Shown in pieces: positions 9,317 to 19,233 of a stretch of 64,000 nucleotides of DNA; within the stretch, counting starts at the first letter, position 1; each line of letters opens with the position of its first letter. The notes beneath the pieces were generated by a model. That model saw nothing but the letters and a program-made list of their open reading frames with translations. It ran no database searches and was not told where the DNA came from. Origin of the DNA: an uncultured virus (IMG/VR IMGVR_UViG_3300020185_004844) (taxonomy: Duplodnaviria; Heunggongvirae; Uroviricota; Caudoviricetes); the IMG/VR virus record IMGVR_UViG_3300020185_004844, one strand, 5' to 3'. A program made the position numbers and the translations under genes.

Positions 9317-11710
9317 ATGAGCTTTTCAGATTCAAAAAAAGTAGTCGTACCAAAAGCTGATCCGGTAAAAAAATACGGAAAAACTTTCCAGGTAGCTAAT
9401 ATATATTTAACCCACTCAGAGTATAGCAGGGAGGGTTCAATAGTGCCTGAGTTTCACACACTTTTATCCACTCACCATCAAGACTTTCAGGGCGAAGAAC
9501 TGAATTTACACTGGAACCTAAAAGAACCAAGAGATGGATTGATATATGATTCTCAAGATATATTTAATAACTCATATATTAGTGGGTTTAATGTATCTAT
9601 ATACGAAAATCTTGATGAAGAAAAAAGAAAAAAAGTCAGAGGCAATAGAAATAAAATATTTGAGGCTAATGATTTGAACGATAATAGTTTACTTTATTAC
9701 ATTAGTGGGGATAGGAAAATAAGAAATTATTCGGTTGATGTAGAGGTTGTTGATTTCGCTGGAAATAAAAGTAGTGGAATTTTTACAACAAAAAACCCAC
9801 CTCCAGAATATACAATATTATCCGAAAGTTTTGAAGATGGAATCCTAACAATAAACTACGAAGGATTAAAAGACACTGATGAAAATGATATATCTAATAA
9901 CTTTCAGACATTAGAATTATATCACTTTACGGGGCTGACATCTGGGGTTAGCGGTGTGGTTAATCAAGAAGATGATTATTTTAATACAGCCGTAAGGTCG
10001 GTTACCGGGTTAAACAATAGCCTTAGCATAGAGCTTTATCCAGAAGAATTTAATTATTTAATGCCACTAGGAGTTGATCAGTTTTCAACAGGAAATAATA
10101 ACAATAATTACTCAGCTAGGCAATACCAACCTTATATATCATCATTGTATGGACAGAGAATAAGTGGGGGTGATGCTTACTATTTTACTTTTGAAAAAAA
10201 TTATAGCAGCGATACTCAATTCGTTGAGGCATGTTATGGGTTAACTGGGGAAGGAGACACCTCTCAAGCGGTTTATGGATATAATGATATTATATATTTA
10301 GATAGCGGGGTTATAGATTCAGAAGCATACTATGGAGCCAACGAAGAAAACCAATATATATTTGACAACTCATTGCATTTTCAAGATAGTTTTTATACTG
10401 GACTGTTTATTGATAGTACAGGAGATGGGATTACTGGGTATATAGGTTCTGGTGCTGGTAGCTCGTGGGCAAATAGTAGCCCAATTTATCTAGAAGAAAG
10501 TTTAAACTCATACAATGTTTACAATTACGGTTTTTATAATGCCGGCGAGCAAGCATTCGCATGTTCGACTTCTGGTTTAAACGAGGAGATAATTGGAACT
10601 TATTCTATGCCAAAAGATAACCCTAATAGTTATGATATAAAATTTAGATCAGGTGATAGGTTTTCAAGGACATTAGAAGAGTCAGCATCTTATTTAAATG
10701 AAATTGGTGAAATGCCTGCAGTTATACTTAACCCATACCAATTAGAATTAATTAAAACAATGGGGCATGGAAACGGATGGGTAGGATTAAGGAGAAATAA
10801 AGTTGGTATGCTTTCTGGTGCTTTTTCTGAAAGGTTTTTAAATGATGAAATTTTCTTAGAAGTAGACTTTCAACAAGAATCACAAAGAACAATAGAAACC
10901 ATAAACTCTGAGAATGAAATAGAATATGGAGTAATTACCTCGAATGATGTAGGTAATCATTGGTGTTGGGCTAATTCCAACGGGTCACATATTTATAAAT
11001 ATGCAGGAAGTGGATATGGAAAAGTAAGGGAAGCAAGGCTAAGCATAGATTTAAAAAATAAAGTCCGGGGCAACACAATGAACTCATATGAAGCTACTGG
11101 ACTATCACCAATAATGGAATTTAGTGGTGTCTCTATAAATACAGATAGTGAAGCATTCGAAGCTAATTACACTTTTGTTGATACTTTCTATAATCCAGAA
11201 GAGTCGCAAGAGTATCTAGCTAATAACTACAACGTAACAGGGATATATTTATATGGATCTGACCAACAAGGTTTTGAGATTTCTGAAGAAAATCTACTAG
11301 AAGTATATAGTCAAGAAGATATAGATATACAAAATACTATATCATATGTATTTGATGGAGAAAGCAACCCACACAAGTATATTAAGATGATCCCCTACGA
11401 CACAATAGGATCAGGAGTTTTACACGAAGAAGATTTAGTTTTAACCAAATCATCTCAAATCACTATCCTGAACTTAGACGAAGCAAAAGATGATAACCAA
11501 AATTGGATAAGTGGTTCGTTTGATTACCACCATAATACTGAACCTGATTTAACTTTTGGGGTTTATTATAGCGGAGATCCTGCTGGATTTACTAATATCA
11601 GTGCTACTGTTAGTGGCTCCCCTACCACGGAGGGGGTTGTATTTTTCCTAAGTAGTATACCAAGTGAATATGGATATACTTTGCACATAAACTCAGTTGA
11701 TCAAACCTAA
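9317..11710 (+). CDS. Putative tail/virion structural protein with a C-type-lectin-like segment
   Basis: 797-aa ORF 1 nt after gpJ; beta-rich; TLEESASYL...GWVGL...WCWANS resembles a CTL fold. Confidence 0.5.
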   Translation: MSFSDSKKVVVPKADPVKKYGKTFQVANIYLTHSEYSREGSIVPEFHTLLSTHHQDFQGEELNLHWNLKEPRDGLIYDSQDIFNNSYISGFNVSIYENLDEEKRKKVRGNRNKIFEANDLNDNSLLYYISGDRKIRNYSVDVEVVDFAGNKSSGIFTTKNPPPEYTILSESFEDGILTINYEGLKDTDENDISNNFQTLELYHFTGLTSGVSGVVNQEDDYFNTAVRSVTGLNNSLSIELYPEEFNYLMPLGVDQFSTGNNNNNYSARQYQPYISSLYGQRISGGDAYYFTFEKNYSSDTQFVEACYGLTGEGDTSQAVYGYNDIIYLDSGVIDSEAYYGANEENQYIFDNSLHFQDSFYTGLFIDSTGDGITGYIGSGAGSSWANSSPIYLEESLNSYNVYNYGFYNAGEQAFACSTSGLNEEIIGTYSMPKDNPNSYDIKFRSGDRFSRTLEESASYLNEIGEMPAVILNPYQLELIKTMGHGNGWVGLRRNKVGMLSGAFSERFLNDEIFLEVDFQQESQRTIETINSENEIEYGVITSNDVGNHWCWANSNGSHIYKYAGSGYGKVREARLSIDLKNKVRGNTMNSYEATGLSPIMEFSGVSINTDSEAFEANYTFVDTFYNPEESQEYLANNYNVTGIYLYGSDQQGFEISEENLLEVYSQEDIDIQNTISYVFDGESNPHKYIKMIPYDTIGSGVLHEEDLVLTKSSQITILNLDEAKDDNQNWISGSFDYHHNTEPDLTFGVYYSGDPAGFTNISATVSGSPTTEGVVFFLSSIPSEYGYTLHINSVDQT

Positions 11711-12502
11711 CATAACCCTAGTTTCTTTGCCTGGAATATCTTCCCAAGAGTTGGCATCTTTCACGGCATCATTCTGATAAATGCCCTCGGTTTTTTCTTG
11801 CCACCAAGTCTTAATGTATTTCTTCCTAAAGTCCTCAAAGGACTCGCAACCAAGAGACTCTTCAGCTTTATGTTTAAGTAAGCTTGTGGGGCTAAGTGGG
11901 TTAACTCCAGACTTAGATTTTTTGCTATTATAACTAGGTGTACCAGAGGAGTCAGATTTATCTATCTCGTCGTCACCAACAATATGAACCTGAAGAAAGT
12001 TTCTCACACAACGAACAAATGCTCTATTGCATGCTATGGTCTCTAAAAACTTCGTAGCAAAACTGCTGGTATTATCTAATGTGGCATTAGCCATATCTTG
12101 AAACTCAACAGGACTTCCGAATGTTTCGTAATTTGACAAGAAGGTCATTTTACAAACAACAGCTACATGATCTAGTTCACACCTTACGGTTTCATAACTT
12201 ACATCAGAAAAACCCCTGAGCTTTGCAAGCTCCTTAATTCCGCTAAGTTTTATCAAAAGCTGATAATCCGCTAGGCCATCTATAGACCGAGGTGTATCTT
12301 TGCCTCTTGACTGAAACCATCCACGATTAGGAAATAAATGCTCTTCACCAACCATAGCTCTCCAGTTAATTGAGCCATCATCATTGAAGGAATATTGTAC
12401 ATTTTTTAATAAACCATTTTCATCTCTACTAAAGAGGCTTGGTCCCAATGAATTGTCTACATTACTATTTTCTTTACTGTCTTCTTGTTTTGTCTTCGGC
12501 AT
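11693..12502 (-). CDS. Hypothetical protein, possible Rad52/Sak-like ssDNA-annealing protein
   Basis: GIKELAKLRGF...ANATLDN...LETIACNRAFVRCVRNFL resembles the AET/RA..RALR core of Rad52-like annealases; lies in the SSB-containing block. Confidence 0.45.
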   Translation of the reverse strand: MPKTKQEDSKENSNVDNSLGPSLFSRDENGLLKNVQYSFNDDGSINWRAMVGEEHLFPNRGWFQSRGKDTPRSIDGLADYQLLIKLSGIKELAKLRGFSDVSYETVRCELDHVAVVCKMTFLSNYETFGSPVEFQDMANATLDNTSSFATKFLETIACNRAFVRCVRNFLQVHIVGDDEIDKSDSSGTPSYNSKKSKSGVNPLSPTSLLKHKAEESLGCESFEDFRKKYIKTWWQEKTEGIYQNDAVKDANSWEDIPGKETRVMLGLIN

Positions 12503-13655
12503 AATTGTATATATTTAGATAATCAATTTCTTCCCAGAAATCGTCTGTATCAATAAACTTCTCAGGACTTCCTGATTTCTCTATGCCAGCCTTCCATGAG
12601 GCCTTACTAGAGTATTTTTTATTTTTTGACACAATGGTTTTATTACTATGATAGTAAGTATTATCGCATAGCCGTTCACAAAAGTCAAGGTCTTTTTTCT
12701 TAATTAAATCATAACCGTTAACAACAAAGTCAAAAAATTTAAATCTATAATCATTTATTTTATTTTCATCTTTACATATTAATGTATGCTTTATGTTTAA
12801 TGAAGATAATTGAGATAAGTAATCCGCATCAACATCGGAATCATCAAGGAAAATAGTAATAGCTGCTATGTTTTTCTTGAAGTAATATAATACATTTGGA
12901 TTAATTTTTTTATTAATCATTAGGTTTACTCTTTTATGCAGCCAAGGGGTTAATATTTCTTCATCGAGATGATAATCGCACCTAAGATTAACCAATCGCT
13001 TTGGGTTAAAATCAGAATTAGGTTTAAAGTCAGGGACTACTTCAAGAATTTTACTATGATAGTGTTTGCCAATATTTAATGTTTTATATTTGTTAAATAA
13101 ATTATTATCAATACCTAATAATTCAAGAACCTCTTCGGCTATATCTTCAGGAAGAATGCCATCAATAGTTTTGGGATCTTCTTCAATAGCATATGAGGCC
13201 TTATTACCATCTTTAGGCGAGTTTATACAGGTGGACGAACCTCCCCAAATAGGCCCGGAGTTTGCAGGCCACATATTAGAATAAAGGCCAACAACTGGCT
13301 TGTTGTAAGCAGATGCCAAATGAACACAGAGACTATCTATGCCAACATGCAAAATACTTTTCTCTGCAACATAACACAACTGTTTTATGGTGGTTTTGCC
13401 CCTTAGATCTAAGTCAATATTACCAGCCAATGGGTTTTCCTTTTCACCAACCTGAACTATAGAAATATCCCCGATATATTTTTTTAATAAGTAAACGACT
13501 TGATCCCAATGAGCATAATCTCTAGATTGAAATTTGTTAGTAGTTTGTATTGTAATATATTTATCAACATTAATTGGAAAATAATGAGATAGGACTTTCG
13601 GCCTAGAGACTTTAACTCCTAGGCATTTAGCATATTCCTCAATTAGGTGGCTCAT
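12474..13655 (-). CDS. GT9 (heptosyltransferase-like) C-terminal half plus an extra C-terminal domain
   Basis: DLRGKTTIKQL...LHVGIDSLCVHLASAYNKPVVGLY; starts with HLIEEYAKCLGV, normally an internal GT9 element. Confidence 0.7.
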   Translation of the reverse strand: MSHLIEEYAKCLGVKVSRPKVLSHYFPINVDKYITIQTTNKFQSRDYAHWDQVVYLLKKYIGDISIVQVGEKENPLAGNIDLDLRGKTTIKQLCYVAEKSILHVGIDSLCVHLASAYNKPVVGLYSNMWPANSGPIWGGSSTCINSPKDGNKASYAIEEDPKTIDGILPEDIAEEVLELLGIDNNLFNKYKTLNIGKHYHSKILEVVPDFKPNSDFNPKRLVNLRCDYHLDEEILTPWLHKRVNLMINKKINPNVLYYFKKNIAAITIFLDDSDVDADYLSQLSSLNIKHTLICKDENKINDYRFKFFDFVVNGYDLIKKKDLDFCERLCDNTYYHSNKTIVSKNKKYSSKASWKAGIEKSGSPEKFIDTDDFWEEIDYLNIYNYAEDKTRRQ

Positions 13656-15589
13656 AAGTCTGAAAGAAGGTTTAGGGAGTTAACATCTCGTCCGTTGTGG
13701 GTATAATTAACACACCTCTGAGTTGTGACATAGGGAAGATATGCAACATCAAAATACCCATCACTAGACCCTTTACCCTCAAGGGTAAAAATATCATCAA
13801 AGCTTTGGTGGTATTTCAAAACCTTATGAATATCAGGGTGGTCTTCAATTAAATCAAAGAAAGCTGGTTTCGTAAAAAAATAAATATTTTTATCTGGATA
13901 TAGTTTTTTAAGATTAGTAATTAATGAATTAACCATAAGAACATCACCAGCACTTTCAGGCATAACAATAGCAATTCTTTTAGACGAACCTTCTTTGTCT
14001 AAAAATTCAGACAGATCAAAGGAACCCTCTATTTGGGTATTTTCTTTATCTGCTACACTTCGGAAATATTTTAACACTTCGGACCTACTGAATCCTTTAG
14101 ATAGTTTTTTCATCCAATGGGAGTGCCCTTCATCATTATGGGGGTTAATGTCCATATTTAAAATGTTTTTATATATATCTGATAACCAAGTAGAGTCATC
14201 TTTTATATCTGGCGGGTTGTATAATGCATCTCTCTTTTTCTCAGAAAAGTCAAAGTCCCAGTTGGTTTTAGGCATATTGTCTAAAATTTTCTCAAGCTTT
14301 TTACCAACGACTTTAATAGAATAATTATCTATAACATACTTCCTTGCTTTTTTACCCATTTTGGATTTTTTGCTAAGGTCCATATTGTAAACATATGATA
14401 TTTGATCCGATATGCTTTTGGGCGACGTGCTGGCTTTTATGAATTGAGTGCCGGGCTCCCTGTACTCTGTCCATTCAAGTGGGAGGCCCGCACTATGAGT
14501 AGTGCAGTGTTCTTCCCCACAACTATAATTCGTAACCAATGTAACTAGCTCGCAAAGCTTGGCTTCTTGAATTGGTATTTCCTGACCACCAGAAGTAAAC
14601 GGGTGGCAGTAAACATCCATTAAATTATATATTTCGTTTAATTGAGATTCTGTAACTCCGTTTTTTACATTAGTGGTGTTTTGACTTTTCTCACTTTTGC
14701 AAAAACGACAGTCTAGCTCTTGACCTGAGTAGGGTTTAATTTCGTACTGTTTACATTTATCGCAGTAATAGGTAGTTAATACATCAAACCTATCTATATT
14801 TTTTTCCTTGATTAGTCTAGGTATATCCCAACCCTCATCCCAGTGAGTATGAAGAAGTAATTTAGCATTTGATTCTGGGTGCTTAGATTTAAAAAGAGCA
14901 AATCCATCTAGTAGGTTTGGTACACTTTTTCTTAACTGATTCCTGAATACGAAGCCTATAACGAATGCATCATCATCTATCAAGTTTCTGGTTCTTAATT
15001 CACCAGAATCAATTTTATAAAAATTATCACAATTAACTATTCCGTGCAGGGTTTTTACATGGCTGTGACCAAGCTTAGCCATCTCGCGTTCTGCGAATTT
15101 GGCCCACACGAAGTAGTTCTTTATATTGTTGGCGGCATCAACCGCTAGTGGTAGCATGGGCTCTGAATCAATGGTTGTCCACACCATACAGTTGATTTTA
15201 TTCCACCATTTTCTTTCCCAGTAATTATTAAATGCCCATATATCTTCAGCACCTATATAAATGTCTGGTTTATATTCTTTTATTAACTCATCAATAGTCT
15301 CGGATCCATAGCTGACTGACCTAGCAAGACTTGGGTCTTGCTTTAACCTTGCCAGTTTTGCCTTGTCATCAGGGAGAGTGCCAACACATTCCCATGGTAA
15401 AGTTGATAAGGGTTGGTAGGATTTAGGGAATCCATTGGCAGCTTCAATTATGTCATACTTTCCAGTAGAATAAAGGTATTGCAATACATTTTTTGAATTC
15501 TTACCAAACCCAGTAAATGACTTACAGAAATTACTGTGAAATAGTATTTTCTTTCTACTATTTTTTTTAGAGCTTCTTTTAGTCATCAA
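13652..15589 (-). CDS. GT4 glycosyltransferase with CxxC..CxxC insert and C-terminal GT9 N-domain
   Basis: TGFG, RNQLRK, LNEIYNLMDVYCHPFTSGGQEIPIQEA (GT4); CDKC/CRFC; C-terminal SAGDVLM...LKKLYPD...HPDIHKV. Confidence 0.8.
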   Translation of the reverse strand: MMTKRSSKKNSRKKILFHSNFCKSFTGFGKNSKNVLQYLYSTGKYDIIEAANGFPKSYQPLSTLPWECVGTLPDDKAKLARLKQDPSLARSVSYGSETIDELIKEYKPDIYIGAEDIWAFNNYWERKWWNKINCMVWTTIDSEPMLPLAVDAANNIKNYFVWAKFAEREMAKLGHSHVKTLHGIVNCDNFYKIDSGELRTRNLIDDDAFVIGFVFRNQLRKSVPNLLDGFALFKSKHPESNAKLLLHTHWDEGWDIPRLIKEKNIDRFDVLTTYYCDKCKQYEIKPYSGQELDCRFCKSEKSQNTTNVKNGVTESQLNEIYNLMDVYCHPFTSGGQEIPIQEAKLCELVTLVTNYSCGEEHCTTHSAGLPLEWTEYREPGTQFIKASTSPKSISDQISYVYNMDLSKKSKMGKKARKYVIDNYSIKVVGKKLEKILDNMPKTNWDFDFSEKKRDALYNPPDIKDDSTWLSDIYKNILNMDINPHNDEGHSHWMKKLSKGFSRSEVLKYFRSVADKENTQIEGSFDLSEFLDKEGSSKRIAIVMPESAGDVLMVNSLITNLKKLYPDKNIYFFTKPAFFDLIEDHPDIHKVLKYHQSFDDIFTLEGKGSSDGYFDVAYLPYVTTQRCVNYTHNGRDVNSLNLLSDL

Positions 15590-16133
15590 ATGGTTCTATG
15601 TCATTATTGAATGATTGAGTGATTTTTTTAATTCTATGAGAATAAATTCTTTCAAGTACAACGGCAAGGAAAGAGGATAGGCACTCTAGCTCACCGGGCT
15701 CAAGGGGCATCTTGAATGTATTACCACTAGCCCTAGATATACTTAAACCAAAGGCTGGAACTACTTGTTTTTTAGTTTTGTACTCCTTGGTCTTTGGGTC
15801 ATAAGATTTTATTGAAGCTTCTTTATCCCAAGGACTGAATTTAATGGTAGTTTTAGTGTCACTAGTTTGATGAAAGGTGTTCCATTCATACCTACTTTTA
15901 ATTGCTGAAATGATGGACCCACATTCAAACTCATTTAATTTAACCGTTATATTTTTTTGGGGATCATCTTTGCTACCCATGAATGTACCCCTATGACTTT
16001 TAGAATCCCAGGAATGCTGTAGTATTGCAGAAATAAAGACTACGGGCTCTTTACTATTCTTGTCGTAACCCATGGAGAAACTAAATCCACATCCAGAGTT
16101 GTTTTTATTAGGTTTATATATTTGAACACTCAT
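15579..16133 (-). CDS. Putative Whirly/PC4-fold ssDNA-binding protein
   Basis: Motif order IYK, VKLNEFECGSII, TFH, TIKFSP, FGLSI, MPLEPGELECL parallels plant Whirly proteins; acidic C-tail PFDD. Confidence 0.5.
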   Translation of the reverse strand: MSVQIYKPNKNNSGCGFSFSMGYDKNSKEPVVFISAILQHSWDSKSHRGTFMGSKDDPQKNITVKLNEFECGSIISAIKSRYEWNTFHQTSDTKTTIKFSPWDKEASIKSYDPKTKEYKTKKQVVPAFGLSISRASGNTFKMPLEPGELECLSSFLAVVLERIYSHRIKKITQSFNNDIEPFDD

Positions 16134-16135
16134 AA

Positions 16136-16522
16136 TTAATTAAAGTCTATTTTTACATTCTTACTTTCGTATGAACTAGGTTTGTCTAAATGATGCTTTG
16201 CTCCATTTCTTTCTTTCGAATAGTTCTTAAAGTAATTTTTCTTTAGGGGGTCAATACCATTGTTTGATTCAGCTCTTTGAGCTGAAAGCTCAGCACTTTT
16301 ATCAAGTAAGTCCCCGACAGAGCCTTTCATGTTTGCGGTTTTATTTACGAAACCATTTTGATCCCAAGGATCAAAAGAAGATTCAGTACTTAAGCCGGGT
16401 AATGAAAAAACTCTGGACCATTCATCCCCATTATCATCTATGTATTTTTTATCATCATTCATACCAAAGAAAACTTCTTTAATTTCTTCAGTTTTAGGGT
16501 GCTGGAAAATGTATAGTGGCAT
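16136..16522 (-). CDS. Hypothetical protein, FmdB-like N-terminus without Cys
   Basis: MPLYIFQHPKTEEIKEVF matches the MPxYxF pattern; promoter directly upstream. Confidence 0.55.
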   Translation of the reverse strand: MPLYIFQHPKTEEIKEVFFGMNDDKKYIDDNGDEWSRVFSLPGLSTESSFDPWDQNGFVNKTANMKGSVGDLLDKSAELSAQRAESNNGIDPLKKNYFKNYSKERNGAKHHLDKPSSYESKNVKIDFN

Positions 16523-16530
16523 AGTGTTTG

Positions 16531-16558
16531 ATTATACCATATGCAGCAAATAAGTCAA
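16531..16558 (-). promoter_or_regulatory. sigma70-like promoter TTGACT-N16-TATAAT with extended TG
   Basis: Minus strand: TTGACT 16558-16553 and TATAAT 16536-16531, 8 nt before the ATG at 16522. Confidence 0.7.
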
Positions 16559-16858
16559 TTATTTTTTATCTAAAAAATTACAAGAAATTTGAATCAAGTC
16601 AAGTAAGGAATCAAAAAACCAACATACAGCGCTAGATGCAAGTGGCAGGAGTATTAGTATCGGATTTTCTTCCACATATATATATAAAAAAATAGAAGAT
16701 AAAACCCCACACCAGAATCCTAGACATAAGCTACAATTCAAGAGCTCTTTAAGTATTTCTGATTTACTACAAATATACCCCCTTGGCTTTTTGAATATTG
16801 AACCGTAACGTACGATCCACATCAAACCAATACAGGATATTAAACTAAGAGTTATCAA
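16559..16858 (-). CDS. Small membrane protein, DUF1360-like
   Basis: ELLNCSLCLGFWCG and hydrophobic segments; TTG start at 16858 preferred because the ORF-track start (16933) overlaps the upstream ORF heavily. Confidence 0.6.
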   Translation of the reverse strand: MITLSLISCIGLMWIVRYGSIFKKPRGYICSKSEILKELLNCSLCLGFWCGVLSSIFLYIYVEENPILILLPLASSAVCWFFDSLLDLIQISCNFLDKK

Positions 16859-17036
16859 GCTCTTGTACAGCTTCCTGGATCGCCAGGAGTTGGTCTTTGG
16901 TGAGATGAACCTTTCCTCCAAAGTCATCAGCAAGTGAATACAATTCTTCCTTGTCTTCGGACTTAGCTAAAGCCGGGCACCTGCCTTTACCACAGCACAG
17001 CAATACTGCGCCGCCTTCTCTTCTTATGTTACTCAT
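16845..17036 (-). CDS. Small hypothetical protein (CCGKGRCP)
   Basis: ATGA overlap with the upstream GT4 gene; fills the operon gap. Confidence 0.65.
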   Translation of the reverse strand: MSNIRREGGAVLLCCGKGRCPALAKSEDKEELYSLADDFGGKVHLTKDQLLAIQEAVQELDNS

Positions 17037-18118
17037 GATTTAATAATGTTAAGTATTTTTTTAACTGTGTTATTATAATTGAAAGTATCTTTTAATTCAA
17101 TACCTTTTGTGTTTTTATTTTTACATTTACTTATAGCCTGTTCTGTTGCTTTGTAAAAATCTCCTTCACTGAATGTATTTATACTGCCTTGGTTAAAGTC
17201 TCCGCCTTCAGAGAAAAACACATCATCATATATTGGCTCTTTGCCATTTGGGTTTACCAAGATTGAGTTTTCATTGTTCGCCCAGTCTTTATGTGAGGTG
17301 GCATTTAAAACAATAGACCATTTCCCTAGGCATGTTGAATTGAATGCGGGGAGGTTCCAGCCCTCGGCTCCGCTTAAGCCGCTAAGATTTATGTCAACTG
17401 CATTATACAACTCATTCATTTCAGAGTTTGTTTCAAGGTATGGTAGGAAATTGATATTTTTGTATCTTTTTCCTTCAAGGGCCTTTGCTATTAATGTAGA
17501 CATTTGATCTTTATTAAAGAAAGGGTTTGTGATACAGCAAGTCAACTGATACTCTGGGTTGTCTCCATACTTTTTAGCCCATAAATTAATTATCCTTTCA
17601 GTATGTTTCCTTTTTTCAAACTTACCTATAAGTCCAAACAGTACTCTATCTGATAAGTAGGTCTTGCCTGTTTCAAAAAAATCTTCGTCAAAACCTATTG
17701 GTACATATTCTGCATTATCGCAGCCAGAATCAAGAAAGCATCGCTGGGCATGAGAGCTACTAAAAATTGTTTTTGATTGAATTTCACATATAGACTTCTC
17801 TGCATTAGTTGGTTCATCTGTTTCGTAGAACGTATACAAAGAACTATTTGAACCTATATTAGATTCAGACCCGTTAATGTGCCACATTTTTAATGTGTGA
17901 TTATCTTTTGATAGGTTAGCAAATCTATTATTATAGGAGTCGGATAACCAATCTGTGAAATCTTTATCAATATTATCGAATGCTTTCAATTCGATTTTAT
18001 TGCCCACGGGGAAGAAGCAAATTTTTTGATTAAGATTGTAAAGTGCCCTTAACATGTTAACAGACACATTGCCGAAGCTTAAAGAGTTTACTGGACCTAT
18101 GAAGTTAATGTATTCCAT
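17033..18118 (-). CDS. GT4 glycosyltransferase
   Basis: GKFEKRK, ELYNAVD, SGAEGWNLP. Confidence 0.8.
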   Translation of the reverse strand: MEYINFIGPVNSLSFGNVSVNMLRALYNLNQKICFFPVGNKIELKAFDNIDKDFTDWLSDSYNNRFANLSKDNHTLKMWHINGSESNIGSNSSLYTFYETDEPTNAEKSICEIQSKTIFSSSHAQRCFLDSGCDNAEYVPIGFDEDFFETGKTYLSDRVLFGLIGKFEKRKHTERIINLWAKKYGDNPEYQLTCCITNPFFNKDQMSTLIAKALEGKRYKNINFLPYLETNSEMNELYNAVDINLSGLSGAEGWNLPAFNSTCLGKWSIVLNATSHKDWANNENSILVNPNGKEPIYDDVFFSEGGDFNQGSINTFSEGDFYKATEQAISKCKNKNTKGIELKDTFNYNNTVKKILNIIKS

Positions 18119-18504
18119 TAGAAGGGCATATTTTCGGGGTTAATAATTTCCTTTATACTATTAGAGGGCTCGGGACTTTCAATTGTTTCTTTTTCGTTTT
18201 CTTTCTTTCCGTTTGGTAGGAATCTAACTATATCTGCGGAGACAAAAAACCTCTGCTTGGGGCAGCCATCTTTATCCTTCCATTTGTTCACTTTTATTTT
18301 GCCTTCTACATAGACACATGATCCTTTAGATAGGTACTTGTTGCAATTGTCTGCAACTTTATTCCAGCACTCTACATCCATGAATAACACTTCATCCTTG
18401 GTGCTATTAATTGCAATTGGGAACACACACTTATTGTAGCTGCCCAATTCTTTTAGCTCTGGCGATTTAGTTAGATTTCCAATACCTATAAACTTATTAA
18501 TCAT
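18118..18504 (-). CDS. ssb: Single-stranded DNA-binding protein
   Basis: NKFIGIGNLTKSPEL, VECWNKVA, YLSKGSCVYVEGKI, C-terminal MPF. Confidence 0.9.
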   Translation of the reverse strand: MINKFIGIGNLTKSPELKELGSYNKCVFPIAINSTKDEVLFMDVECWNKVADNCNKYLSKGSCVYVEGKIKVNKWKDKDGCPKQRFFVSADIVRFLPNGKKENEKETIESPEPSNSIKEIINPENMPF

Positions 18505-19109
18505 ATTTCTTTTTCTAATTGTTTTTTTATTTTTTTTACGGCTTTATTGTGGATATTAATACATCCCTGTATGCTTAAATTTAATTCGCCACCTATATTC
18601 TTCCATGAAGTAACCTTATTACCTTCTGAGTCTAGATACCTTAGTTTGAATATCTTGGCGATTCTTGAATCCTTATAAGTATCTGCTATTTTTAGTATTC
18701 TGTCAAGCATTTCTTTATTTACTGATGCCAACTTAACCCCATCCATGGAGTTGATATCGTTAGGTTTCAGGCAATCAAGCCCCACTTCCTTCATTGTTTT
18801 ATTTTTATTCTTATTGTATAAGTTTAGGCACATCCATCTGGTCTCATTACCTAGGTAGGTTGAAAACTTGGTGTTCCTATCTTCATCGTATTTTAAGGCG
18901 GCTTGATATATATAGTAATTCCTATCCTCTATTAATTCGGATTTATATGAGGGACCATCGTGAAATGAATTGGGTAGATAATTATGAACCATAGTCATAA
19001 ATATTCCGCTATGCCTAGATACAAGTTCCATTAGGCAATCACCGGAGTCGTTAGTATCTTTCATTCCGACTATGAGTTCGGAGTCAGTCATTTCTTTAAA
19101 GTTTTCCAT
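18501..19109 (-). CDS. Phage RNA polymerase sigma factor (sigma70 family regions 2 and 4)
   Basis: AALKYDEDRNTKFSTYL (region 2); IFKLRY...SWKNIGGELNLS...IHNKAVKKIK (region 4 HTH). Confidence 0.85.
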   Translation of the reverse strand: MENFKEMTDSELIVGMKDTNDSGDCLMELVSRHSGIFMTMVHNYLPNSFHDGPSYKSELIEDRNYYIYQAALKYDEDRNTKFSTYLGNETRWMCLNLYNKNKNKTMKEVGLDCLKPNDINSMDGVKLASVNKEMLDRILKIADTYKDSRIAKIFKLRYLDSEGNKVTSWKNIGGELNLSIQGCINIHNKAVKKIKKQLEKEI

Positions 19110-19123
19110 ATTGAATTTTTGCT

Positions 19124-19153
19124 ATGTTAACATAATATCATATGTTATGTCAA
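19124..19153 (-). promoter_or_regulatory. sigma70-like promoter for the sigma gene (TTGACA-N18-TAACAT, extended TG)
   Basis: TGTCAA at 19148-19153 and ATGTTA at 19124-19129 on the + strand. Confidence 0.5.
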
Positions 19154-19233
19154 CATTATTATGAGGTTTACGATAGATATATATAAGATTACCGTAAGGA
19201 ATATATCCTTAAACATAAAGTTTAAGGAATAAT

